IMG/VR virus record: IMGVR_UViG_3300013121_000004
Coordinates: 1-64,000 of that record
Source: a virus
Lineage: Duplodnaviria > Caudoviricetes
Direction: 5' to 3' (one strand)
DNA length: 64,000 nt
Shown here: in pieces, positions 51,449 to 61,358 of the stretch
Numbering within the stretch: position 1 is the stretch's first letter
Layout: every line of letters starts with the position of its first letter
Position numbers and translations under genes: made by a program
Notes under the pieces: model-generated
The model's input: only the letters and a program-made list of their open reading frames with translations
What the model was told of the DNA's origin: nothing
The model's database searches: none

Positions 51449-54103
51449 TCAGTCAGCGCTTCTCTTTCTGTTTATCCATTTTTCGAAGCTGATTAGTGTA
51501 TTGTCTTCTTGCTTGGTAGGCTCCTCCTGTCGCTGCGTAGGGGGGTTTGTGAGTGTGTGTACGATGATTGCTCTCGCTTGCGGGTGATTCATCGCCCTGA
51601 CCCACATAAGGAGAAAGTCATCAATCTCCAACTCATCGCCCCACAGATTGCATTGCGTGCACTTGCTTTGCTTTTCGCCGCTAACACCTGTGTAAGCGCG
51701 AAAGCCGTGCCCGCATTGTATTTGCTTTTCGGATGAGCCAATGAACATTACTCTTCAAACTCACAAGCGCCGCACATATAGTCAGCGCCAGACCCTCCGG
51801 TGTAACGTCCGTGCTTGCACGTGTCTCCGGGATACCCAGTCCATCCTTGCGGATAGAGTGCTTCGTATCGGGCGAGGCAATCGTCACAGAATACCTTCTC
51901 GCCTCCCCTCCACTTGCCGCACGGATAGATGATAGGTGTACCATCCTTCCGTGTCCCGACATCGACTTCGTTGGTGCATTCTGTAGGCATTGTTCTTACT
52001 CCTCTTCTTCGTTGCGAACGCTGCGGTTACTGCGACGACGTTCAATGCGCTTCTTGACCACGCGAAGTTTACGATTCCAACCGTCATGCCCGAAGCAACA
52101 GAACCAGAAGTTCTTACCACGATGGCGATGCGCCTCAGTCCCCAACATACGCTCTTTATTAGACATAGCATGTCCTCCTCAGTTATTGCTTACCCGTATA
52201 CGATCTCATTGAACAGACCAAGTTGCACGATAGCGTCAGCATCATCAGCGTCGAAGTCTGTGTTATCAGCATCGAATCTCCCCGCAATGACGAGCTTAAA
52301 GTCGTTAACCATCGCCCTCCGATAATCGTTATCTGTATTTTCGAACTTGGTAATAAAGCGTTCGACACCGCGCTTAATCATTTCACGGTTGATAATGCAT
52401 GGTTCTTCGTCTTCTTCGTAGGCACGACCCCGCGCTTCGTATCCTTCGTAGTCTTCATCGATTCCCTTGTTGTCTTTCGACCAGCGATACGAAGTAGCTT
52501 CGAACCAGTAACCAATACCTCCTTCCATTGCGGTAGTGAAGATGTAGTGATAAAGCTTATCTTCTTCTGTAGCCATTATTACCTCGTTCCGGGTGGCGCA
52601 TACGGTGGGCGCGGTGCTGGCGGCGGCGTATACGCTTTAGATGCATACAAATTTGCCAAGCTGTTAAGTGTGTTTGCCTTCCTGTACTCCCAATCCATGT
52701 CGCCTTTATGTATTGCAGACGTTAGCTCATAGAACGCTAACCCTATTTGGTGTTTGATTTCACTTTCGGTTGGCAACAAACGTCTTCTCCTCTAGAATTT
52801 CGAGGATTCCCTTGAGGTAGTAGTACGTGGTCGCGCTAGGAAGAATCATCTTGGTAGCAAACAGGAGCGCGACAGTTTGCAGATACGTCGGCGTGAATGA
52901 CACATCGAGGCCGCGCGAAATCACCGGGGTCAGAGCCCAAAGGATAAGCGCATTGATGAACAAACCCACGTACGTGGTAAACAGGCTAGAGATATATGCT
53001 TTAGTTGACTTCTTCGTCGGTTTCCTCCGTATTGTTGAGAATCCAGTTAGCTACTTTTCGTGCTGCGCTTGACGTGAGAAGGATTTGATCATAGACGCTA
53101 ACATCTGTCATTCTCTGAGTGATACCTACGCCTCCGTTTTTTGTTTTCTGGATCTTCGTATCACCAATTACGAGATGGTTTGACGCAGTATTCTTTACTA
53201 GCTGCATCAAGTCCATCATTAGACCGTGCACATGCAAGGTTTCCCAGTTGAACAGATGATCGAATCCGCTTGTCTCGGCTGCATGTACGAGGCTATCTAC
53301 AGCCGTGAATATAAGCGATGGTGTCGAATAATACTCACCTTCCTTAGAGGAATGATACACCTGTTTAGCTTGAGGGCAAAACATGCGTACAAGCCACCAC
53401 TCTAGATCTACGTCGCTATTATGCAGTAGTAGACTAGTACGGGCTTTCTCTAGTACATCGCCCCAATCGGTATCTTCTTTTGTTAGTTGATTGAGCGCGA
53501 CTATAAAATCCTCGTAGAAAGTAGTTGTCGGGCAATCCCTGATGAATTTAGGGATGATTGTTTTGATAAACCAATTACCCACAACCACGTCATGTACTGC
53601 TTTGTTCTCCACACGTCGTGACATACAGAGCGTAGGCAAAATATTTTGTTGCCATTGTGCTCCTAGGAGAGACTCTGGCAAAACAGCGACTTCCATGTTA
53701 TCGATAAGCAATCCAATAGCAGGATTGATGAAGAACGGCGGCATATACTCGTCGTATTCGTCGTAGTCGAGCATTACCATTGCTGCTCGATGCGTAGGAG
53801 GGAGCCACTTTCTACGATCGATGTACCGTAGCATTGAGTTCATACTACGGAACTGTTTGAGTTCCTTTTCAGACATTCCTTCTGGCATTAGTTGTTCTCG
53901 TCGTGTTATTCGTACTTAGCGAACAATGAGTCACGGAATGACAGGACACCCATAAACAAGGCGATCAGATTCCCATTGTAGTGTACTTCGAGCACTCCTC
54001 TGTCGGCTGTGTAAGTCATAGTCGAGCTACTAGGGACACGAAGAAACTTTCGATCATAGTCCGCGAAGAGGATGACGATTTGCTTTGTTGTCTCGTTACC
54101 CAT
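51449..54103 (-). CDS. Run of small hypothetical genes (51449-51748, 51748-51990, 52190-52576, 52579-52779, 52760-52969, 53001-53888, 53906-54103)
   Basis: Closely packed minus-strand ORFs. Confidence 0.55.
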
Positions 54104-54109
54104 ATTTAG

Positions 54110-54559
54110 CTATACCTTCCTGTAGTGTGGCGCTGGTTTGAGGTCGAAAAAAGTCCCGTTTAGCAGATTGTATGCTAGGAACCCAATTCGCCCGTTACCA
54201 TCTATCCACGGATGAATGTACATGAGTTCCTTGTAAAACTCGTGCGGTGTAAGTGCTTTTTCTTTGACAGCCCCCATCAAATTTTCGAATGCACGAGGAA
54301 CTAACTTATAGTGTAATGAAGAGCCTCCATTCTGGAATGTTACAGGAACTTTTCGTAATGTTCCATGTGGATAATCATTACTATTTCCCATAGCCAGCCG
54401 GTTTGCTTGGCATAGACTATACGCTGTAAGCGGCATAGAATTATTTTCGGAATACACTCGCATATACTTCCATGCTTCAAGCAGATTGATTACTGCTTTG
54501 TATTCTGTTTCTCCTTGCCGAATTACTTCTTCTGCGATAGGATGCATTACAGAAGACAT
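54110..54559 (-). CDS. Fic-domain protein
   Basis: IHPWIDGNGRIG. Confidence 0.85.
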   Translation of the reverse strand: MSSVMHPIAEEVIRQGETEYKAVINLLEAWKYMRVYSENNSMPLTAYSLCQANRLAMGNSNDYPHGTLRKVPVTFQNGGSSLHYKLVPRAFENLMGAVKEKALTPHEFYKELMYIHPWIDGNGRIGFLAYNLLNGTFFDLKPAPHYRKV

Positions 54560-54616
54560 GAATTTATGTGGAGTGAGATTACTTATTTTGTTTCTCCTTT
54601 CGAGTCGCCAATACTT

Positions 54617-54985
54617 TCAGTCAAGATACACGCCTATATCTTGCCAATCCCATCGTGCAATCAATTCGTTTTTAAGAAAAACGCATTGTCTATCTCCTTT
54701 CTCCATAATGTCTGTAGAGTATACAGATATCTTGTATCCGTTGGAGTGCAGCACTTCTTCGTATCCATTGAACCATTTCTTCAATAGCTCTAAAGAATGA
54801 AAGCCGCACACAAATTGACTGTTTGCTTTGCGCCACAATGGGATTCCAATGTCTTCGTGTGGGTCTTTGTGGTAGGACGACTCGTTGTGAGCTTTCATCA
54901 TTTCGTCCATCTTATAGCCCAATACGTTCGCTCTATATGGGCCTTCCCCGTCGATGTTCTCTACACGATATACAACGGTTTCCAT
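54617..54985 (-). CDS. Conserved phage hypothetical protein
   Basis: VYRVE...GPY...CGF.S...L..WF. Confidence 0.55.
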   Translation of the reverse strand: METVVYRVENIDGEGPYRANVLGYKMDEMMKAHNESSYHKDPHEDIGIPLWRKANSQFVCGFHSLELLKKWFNGYEEVLHSNGYKISVYSTDIMEKGDRQCVFLKNELIARWDWQDIGVYLD

Positions 54986-55108
54986 TGTAGTATTCCTTAC
55001 TAGTCCTCTTGAGTCGTAGAAAGTATCAAACTAGCTCCTGTGTAATCAGATCGCTAGAGTTTACCACTCTCTGTTTGAATGGCGCAATGGCCCGTGTGCG
55101 CTGGATAC

Positions 55109-55564
55109 TCAGCCGTCGTTTCCATCGTCTGTAAACGCAAGCCGCACAATCACCGGGACGAGCTGGCGTCTGTACTCCGCCAAAAGCGGCGCTTCCTTGC
55201 GTTCGTACTCCTCCCAAAGCGGAGCGCGCTGCCGTTCGTACTTCGCCAAAAACGGAGCGCGCTGCCGTTCGTACTCCGCCAAAAGCGGAGCGCGCTGCCG
55301 TTTGTACTCCTCCCAAAGCGGAGCGCGCTGCCGTTCGTACTTCGCCAAAAGCGGAGCGCGCTGCCGTTCGTACTCCTCCCAAAGCGGGGCAGGGAACCGA
55401 CGTTCCACCGCCCATTCCACAGCGAGACCAACGCGGAAGGCCCGCTCAATGTTCTCGACCGTGATGGGCATCCCCTCTGGGAATGTTGCCTCGAACAACT
55501 CCCGCTGCTCCGTACACGCACCCCGCAGATGTTTCGCCCGAATCGGGTTCGGTATCCCATTCAT
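55109..55564 (-). CDS. Protein with 11-aa helical repeats
   Basis: (APLW/LxEYERQR)n. Confidence 0.7.
   Translation of the reverse strand: MNGIPNPIRAKHLRGACTEQRELFEATFPEGMPITVENIERAFRVGLAVEWAVERRFPAPLWEEYERQRAPLLAKYERQRAPLWEEYKRQRAPLLAEYERQRAPFLAKYERQRAPLWEEYERKEAPLLAEYRRQLVPVIVRLAFTDDGNDG
55173..55387. repeat. 33-bp tandem repeat, ~6.5 copies
   Basis: Variants of aaagcggagcgcgctgccgttcgtactcctccc. Confidence 0.9.
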
Positions 55565-56812
55565 TGCACCACCGCCTTCACAATGCCCTGTTGCGATAGA
55601 TAATAACGCTCACGAACTATCCTCCTCTGTTGTGTTCCACACATTTGTCCTGTTCCCTTCATTGAAGAAGTACACTGTGCACAACGCGCCATTGTGCTTG
55701 TTCATGAAATACCTGATAGCCTCGCGCTTTGTAAGGGCACGAATGCTATCGGTACTTCCATTCACTGATGCGTAATAAACGCGTGTATACTCCATCCTAC
55801 ACGAAGGAGTTACGCGCATTGCGTCGCATGGATGCGACATTCGCTGTGATCTGTTTGACGGATTGGATTGGGTTTTTGTTGCTGGAGATATACGGCTTCC
55901 AGATAGTTTCCGACACCCACAGTGGCGAAACTCCATCGCGCAACGTACCGTCAGGATTCCATCGCGCGGCAGTCATCTGCGCATCCGGTTTCGGGATGTA
56001 CTCCCTGAGCATAACGTTCGAGGTGATCGCGTCATCCAGATACACTCCCGGAAGAAAGCCAAAAACAGACATAGCTAAGGCACCCTTTCATGATGCAATT
56101 AGCGCGTTAAGTTCACCATGTTTAACGCGCTAAACGATTTGCAAGCTGCTGTAAATGTCCAGCCCTTCTTGCGCAGGATTATGCAAAATCGCACACTCGT
56201 TGCACGATATACAACCAAGGTGACCGCCATTTATGCAACGCGTTAAAGGGCAGAATACGCCTAATAATTCGGCCCTTTAACGCGTTATACAAGGGTATCG
56301 GACAAAGGGGTATTGCAATTCATCGCTTTTCATGCAATCCCCTTTTTGCCGCGTTTATCGAGGCCCGAACATGGCCTCGAAAGCAGCCAACTTGGCGCGC
56401 CTTTCTTCTGCCTCTACAGGCAGAGGTTCGCCACGACCGGGACGTTCTCGCATCACCCGATCGATGCGAATTTCGTGCACGAATTCTTGCTTGCTGGTGG
56501 TGACCAATTTGTCCTCTCTTGTGGTGGAATGCTGGGGCTTAGAGCGAAACGACGAGGAGGCCGATCGAAGATTCGTTGTCAAGGCATGCGCCACAAAGCG
56601 GCCTTCCCGTCAGGATATACACGCCCTTTGGGTACGCCCACTGGGCGCACCTTGAGCATTTGGTAACGATGTTCTTCTTGAGCATTTCTTTCTCCATCAT
56701 GCGTGTTAGATGCGCATCCCCTACTGGTTGTACTACGTGTAAGGCCAGAGGCCAGACACAGATAACACGATGACGATGGCTGCTCCTAGTAAGCAGCTAA
56801 ATGCGCCGATGC

Positions 56813-57328
56813 TCACTTGATCACCCCTTCTGCGCGACTGAGCATGTATCGGAAGAAGTACTTTCCCGTGCCCTTGGGCTTCTTGCCAGCGAGCGCGAGT
56901 TCGGTCATGAAGTGGATAAAGGCAATGCCTTCAGGGGAGCTTTTGCTCCACATTTCCACACTGTCGTGCTGCTTCTTCAGCTTGCTGAAAGCGTGGTGGG
57001 CTTCAAACACGTGCATGTCGATCAGCGTGTCGCGCGAATTCGGCCTCCTCATGACGAATCTAGCCGCATTGTCAGAGTACAATGCGGCTAGCGTTTCAGC
57101 CTCAAATCCGCCATCCCGAAGCGCCTCCTTGGCTTTGTTGAAGTCATAGACCAAGACGAACACATCGAGGTCAGACGAATCAGGCACCTTCTGGCTGTCA
57201 AGGAATCGGTATGACCCGCCGATAAAAGCCCCTCCGAGATTCTCCCATCCAAAAAGCGCCTCCATTGCGGCTTGAATGTTTCCGGCGAGAAGCGCCTTGT
57301 AGTTGTTCTCCAGCGTGTATGCGTCCAT
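56813..57328 (-). CDS. Putative pol-beta-type nucleotidyltransferase
   Basis: AFIGGSY...SDLDVFV...IDMHV. Confidence 0.55.
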   Translation of the reverse strand: MDAYTLENNYKALLAGNIQAAMEALFGWENLGGAFIGGSYRFLDSQKVPDSSDLDVFVLVYDFNKAKEALRDGGFEAETLAALYSDNAARFVMRRPNSRDTLIDMHVFEAHHAFSKLKKQHDSVEMWSKSSPEGIAFIHFMTELALAGKKPKGTGKYFFRYMLSRAEGVIK

Positions 57329-57331
57329 TGT

Positions 57332-57904
57332 TCAGTGCCCCTTACGTTCAATTTCGTCGAAGATGGCGAGTTTTTCGATCGCGATGCGGTCGAGTTCCTC
57401 TTGATGCTTGCGGTATTCACTGGCCGTGAATGCCTTCGTCGGTGTCACTTCGTACCGCGCACTCAGAGAAGGCGCGGTAACTACGAAGTTCATGCCATCA
57501 CACTCGATAATGGCCTCCTCTCCTTCTTCGAGCCAATCGCCAACTAGGTATTTGGCGATTTCAATGGCGTCTGCACACGTGGTGAAGACCCCAACGATCT
57601 CATTGCGCACATGATAGAAATCATATGCTTTCTCAAGCAGCCACAGCTGGTTAGACATTGGTTATTCCTCCTCTGGGAACGGAAGGCGGATTCCACACCA
57701 CGCGCAAAAGCGCACATTGTGGGTCGCCTCGAAATCGAGGCATACCATCCATGTGCGTTCGTTTGTAGCGTAGCCGAGATACACCCACGGCGGCATCGTG
57801 ATGCACACGTGCATACCGGACATGTTCACGTCTTCACCCCACCCTTTGAACGGCTCGCATTCGACGCCGATCATGGTGGTGGACTGTTCGTTATGCTGGA
57901 GCAT
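57332..57904 (-). CDS. Two hypothetical genes (57332-57658, 57662-57904)
   Basis: Packed ORFs with SD; FCAWCG Zn motif in the second. Confidence 0.55.
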
Positions 57905-57931
57905 TTAACGCCCTTTCTGTGCGTTTCTGGT

Positions 57932-57970
57932 GCTATGTACTAGGGTAATACACACACCCTAGTACATAGC
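57932..57970. terminator. 15-bp perfect hairpin after 57986..58819
   Basis: gctatgtactagggt-N9-accctagtacatagc. Confidence 0.55.
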
Positions 57971-57985
57971 GTGGTGCGTTGTGGA

Positions 57986-58819
57986 TTAACCCAGAACGGC
58001 GGCGCGTTCCTGCTGAATCGCCCACTTCCAGCGGTTCATGAGCGCGGACATGTAGACTGGGCGATTCCATTCCCAGTCCTTGAGGATCTCGGGGCGCGCC
58101 TTCGTCTTGCGCCCACCCTGCGGGCCAGTGATGATATCCCGAGGACGAATCCACGAGAAGTCCATGCCGGGATTGTTATCCCGGAGTTCTTGCAGGTACG
58201 CCGCAGCGTCAACGAGCGTACCCTGTTGCCCGTATGTGCTCTCCCGCGCCTGCTGTTCCTGCTGCTCAAGCTGCGCCTTGAGCCTGTCAAGCTCGTCGAG
58301 CTTCTTCAGGATGCCAGCCGAAGGCTGCACTTGCGCCTTCACCTGCTCCATGACAGGCTTCGGAGCCTGCTTCGCAGGAGCCGCGTAGGCGTTTTGCTTC
58401 GGCGCATGCGACCCGTTTACAGGGGCGTGCTTCCCGAGATTCCGCCCTTCATCGCGCGTCATGTTGACGCCTCCGCGCGCTTCGGCCATCAAAGCCGCTT
58501 CAGCAGCCTTCTGTGCTTCGCGTTCGATGGTCGCGCGATTCCGGCTCCCCGGAGGACGCCCGCGCCGTGGCTTCGGCGTAGCCGTGACCCCGAAGTTGTC
58601 ATCGAGGTTCTGGCGAATGGACGTGATGTTCTGAGGAGCCTGCACAGGCGTCCCGAGGACATTCGCAAGGGCGCTTTCAATCGCGCCGTCGATGATGCTC
58701 CCGACGAGCGCATCGATTACCGTGCGCTCAATCATGGGGCCGAGCTTTTCGCTCAGCCGCGCCTGAATCAGTTCTTGAAGCTTGTTCACTATAGTCTCCA
58801 TGCGTTTAGAATCCGCCAC
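57986..58819 (-). CDS. AT-hook/coiled-coil hypothetical protein
   Basis: PRRGRPPGSRN; SD GAGAGG. Confidence 0.6.
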   Translation of the reverse strand: MADSKRMETIVNKLQELIQARLSEKLGPMIERTVIDALVGSIIDGAIESALANVLGTPVQAPQNITSIRQNLDDNFGVTATPKPRRGRPPGSRNRATIEREAQKAAEAALMAEARGGVNMTRDEGRNLGKHAPVNGSHAPKQNAYAAPAKQAPKPVMEQVKAQVQPSAGILKKLDELDRLKAQLEQQEQQARESTYGQQGTLVDAAAYLQELRDNNPGMDFSWIRPRDIITGPQGGRKTKARPEILKDWEWNRPVYMSALMNRWKWAIQQERAAVLG

Positions 58820-58911
58820 CCTCTCTTGAGGCCCACCGTATATGCGCCCACATACGATGGAGCACGACTCTTACGCCGTGGCTTAGACTTCCGAGTGCGT
58901 GTGTGTGTGTG

Positions 58912-59433
58912 TTAGGCGAGCTTGCCGTCTGCGAGCTTGGCTGCGAACTGCCCGTTGTTGCCATCCGCGAGCGTGCTACCGCCCACGAGCCGGGACTTCT
59001 TCAGCCCCTTCTCGCTAGCGAGCGCAGTGTACTCGCGCGTGGTAGCCCAGTTGCCGCTTTCCCAGCCGCGCTTATCGCGGTTAGGGAGTTCGCTGAACCC
59101 CTCGCCCGTGGTAGGCGTATGACGCCTCTCCGCCCCTGTCCTGTGGTCGCTGTTCGGATTGCCGAGGTTGTACACCGGGCGCCCCCGAAAGTGCCCGACT
59201 AGGCCGGGCGTTTCATTCACGCCCGACTTGTGCACGTATGGCACGAAGGCAGGGCCACTATCGGCCCCTCGCTGAAGCACGCGCTTGGGTTGCGCAGGCT
59301 TCTCTGCAAAGCCTGCACTCATGGCGTGTGCCGCTGTAGCGGCTCGCAAGGCACGGCGTTCTTCACGCGCCCTATAGGCTGCTTCACGGTCAGCAGTTGC
59401 CTGCTGCATATCGAGCGTGACGACGTAACCCAT
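58912..59433 (-). CDS. Hypothetical protein
   Basis: SD GGAGG; GC-rich codons. Confidence 0.55.
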   Translation of the reverse strand: MGYVVTLDMQQATADREAAYRAREERRALRAATAAHAMSAGFAEKPAQPKRVLQRGADSGPAFVPYVHKSGVNETPGLVGHFRGRPVYNLGNPNSDHRTGAERRHTPTTGEGFSELPNRDKRGWESGNWATTREYTALASEKGLKKSRLVGGSTLADGNNGQFAAKLADGKLA

Positions 59434-59490
59434 GATGAACCCTCCGAGTGTGTTTGTCGGGGGAGCATAGCTCCCCCTAGGGCGTGTGGA

Positions 59491-59865
59491 CTAGGCGAGC
59501 TTGGCGGGCGTCTTGGCCTTGGCGGGCTGCTTTGCAGCCTGTGCGGGCTTGGCGTAGCGGGCCGCAGCCTCTGCCTTGCGGGCTTCCCGCTTCGCGGGCT
59601 CTTCGACCGACAGGTAGCAGGCCATCCGGCCCTCGCGGTTCACCCATGAGCGTCCGAAGTACACCCGGTATCCCTTCGGGATACCGTGAGCCTTCAGGAA
59701 GGTCGTTGAGAACAGATCCTCCGCAGCGGCTTTGCCGCTGTGTGTCCGCATGTCGTGGGCGATGAACGCCACGACTCGGAACCCTTCGTGGTGGGCTTCC
59801 GCACGGACACCAGTCTTGCCCTTGGCAAGACCCGTGATTGCGGACTGGATTGCATTGCTGGACAT
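59491..59865 (-). CDS. Basic Ala/Lys-rich hypothetical protein
   Basis: SD GAGGT; histone-like AK-rich tail; hairpin at 59460-59476 after the stop. Confidence 0.6.
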   Translation of the reverse strand: MSSNAIQSAITGLAKGKTGVRAEAHHEGFRVVAFIAHDMRTHSGKAAAEDLFSTTFLKAHGIPKGYRVYFGRSWVNREGRMACYLSVEEPAKREARKAEAAARYAKPAQAAKQPAKAKTPAKLA

Positions 59866-59877
59866 GGTACACCTCTA

Positions 59878-60420
59878 GACAAAGCTCGCGCCTTTTAGGC
59901 GCGGCATAGCGAAAATGTACCTTATTTTGAGCACGCTTCCGCTAGGCCGCGTGTAAAACACGCTTTGCCTTCCCCCGTCCCCCATAAGCGCATATCTTCA
60001 CTTGGCGGGCGCAGCTCTCCTACGGACTCATAACCCGGAGGCACGCGGGCCTCAGAGCTGCATAGGGGTTATTACGAACGTTGGCACCACCCAACGCGCT
60101 TATTGTTAATGTACTCTAGGCACAGCTACCGCCGCGACATAACGTTTCGGCCACGGGTGGCTTGCGCTATGTGGTGAGCATAGCTCGCGCCAACCCTTGA
60201 CGTCCCGGCTTCGCCTTACAGGGTCAGCCTTCCGTTCAACGGTAACCTACCTATCGAAGAGTGTTTTGGACATAGCTCACGCCTGCCTGCTAGCTGCCAT
60301 GCTAAGGCTCGTTATTGCTATCCCGCGTCCCATAGCTCGCGCTTAAGGTGTCTTGGCTGACCCCTACCGCGTTTGCCCAAAGCTACCGCTCACGTCCGGG
60401 ACAAGTCAACCGAACGTCTA
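59878..60420 (-). ncRNA. Candidate large structured RNA / long 5' leader
   Basis: No credible ORF; nested long-range helices, a pseudoknot and six copies of GCGBDAGCTDTG. Confidence 0.45.
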
Positions 60421-60591
60421 GCTAATGGAATCACTCTTTAAGGTGCGACCGAATCGGTTGAGATTGGATTCGGCAAAGGCCGCAATCGGCCTCGACCCCC
60501 AGAGAATGAACTGTTTCGGCGGTTTTGGCAGGATGTCCTCGGGGGTCTAACCCACCCGCCGTTTGCATTTCCGCTAGGTTTGCGCAATTAA

Positions 60592-60784
60592 TACATACAC
60601 TCGTATATGCTATGTGTGTATGCGTATGTATCCTCAATAACGGTATCATCGTATATGGTATGGTAGGTATATAGTATATCTGTGGTGTATGTATGCTATG
60701 TGTATAGTCTACCTGTGATGTATGTATGGTAATGCGGTAAGGTATACGTGGTAGCATGATAGTGCTCTACTGTCATGCTCTATG
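60592..60784. repeat. Low-complexity TATG/GTAT tract at the GC boundary
   Basis: tatgtgtgtatgcgtatgtat...ggtatggtaggtatatagtatat...tgtatgtatgctatgtgtat. Confidence 0.7.
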
Positions 60785-60970
60785 AAAATGTACTCCGGTA
60801 CAGGCTTTGAATGGTAGTCAAACATTTGAGAGATTTTGTGAATTTGTTAGTAGAGGGGTATCTTACTACGTTTGGGCTCAGGTAATAAAAACCCCACTAG
60901 AGTATAGTGGGGTAGATTTTTTGATAAATAGGCGATGCGGGCCGTTGTGGTGCGTTTCAGGCGGTATTAT

Positions 60971-61357
60971 TTATGTGTTGCTGGAGAATAAACTGGTGAT
61001 CCAGTGTGGGCGGTGGTGTAGTGGGTCTATGTTGCGATCGAAGATTACCAGTCCACTGATAGATGGGAATTGGTTGGTATACTCTTCGTACGCTCGGCGC
61101 ATAGACCCTCCAGTGGTATACACGTCATCGCATATCAGGAGATTGAATCTAGCGTATGAAGTGTATTGCTCCATAGCTTTCGCTAAGCGAAGTCCTCCTC
61201 TGGGGATGCCTACTACGTCGGAGAAGGGTGGGAGTCTTTGGGAGGCGATATACGCCAGTGTTTCGATGTCTCCGTCTGTCAGCGCGTCACAGTCTATTTT
61301 CCATTCGGACTTTAATCCGCTATTGAGTGTATAGTCACCTATTTGGAATAATGTCAT
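60971..61357 (-). CDS. Minimal orotate phosphoribosyltransferase-like type I PRTase
   Basis: YTLNSGLKSEWKID, GIPRGG, DDVYTTGGS. Confidence 0.8.
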   Translation of the reverse strand: MTLFQIGDYTLNSGLKSEWKIDCDALTDGDIETLAYIASQRLPPFSDVVGIPRGGLRLAKAMEQYTSYARFNLLICDDVYTTGGSMRRAYEEYTNQFPSISGLVIFDRNIDPLHHRPHWITSLFSSNT

Positions 61358-61358
61358 A

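Noticed and set aside
55173-55387. 33-bp repeats as a CRISPR array
   Set aside because: Contiguous in-frame coding repeats with no unique spacers, and no cas genes
56292-56318. Seventh TACCCT promoter
   Set aside because: TTGCAA lies only 15 nt from the -10, outside the 17-nt pattern
57971-58915. 314-aa plus-strand ORF and other long antisense ORFs (e.g. 31133-31807, 60807-61334)
   Set aside because: Shadows of minus-strand genes that have better SDs, motifs and operon context
60005-60075. HDV-like or hammerhead ribozyme in the pseudoknot
   Set aside because: Topology is suggestive, but there is no J4/2 catalytic C segment; TTATGAGTCCGTAGGAGAG lacks the hammerhead CUGA and GAAA core
59880-60389. 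12-mer repeats as a mini-CRISPR array
   Set aside because: Repeats too short and degenerate; spacing irregular (47-241 nt)
60431-60757. 108-aa minus-strand ORF
   Set aside because: His/Thr/Ile/Tyr-rich translation of the low-complexity tract; unlikely to be coding
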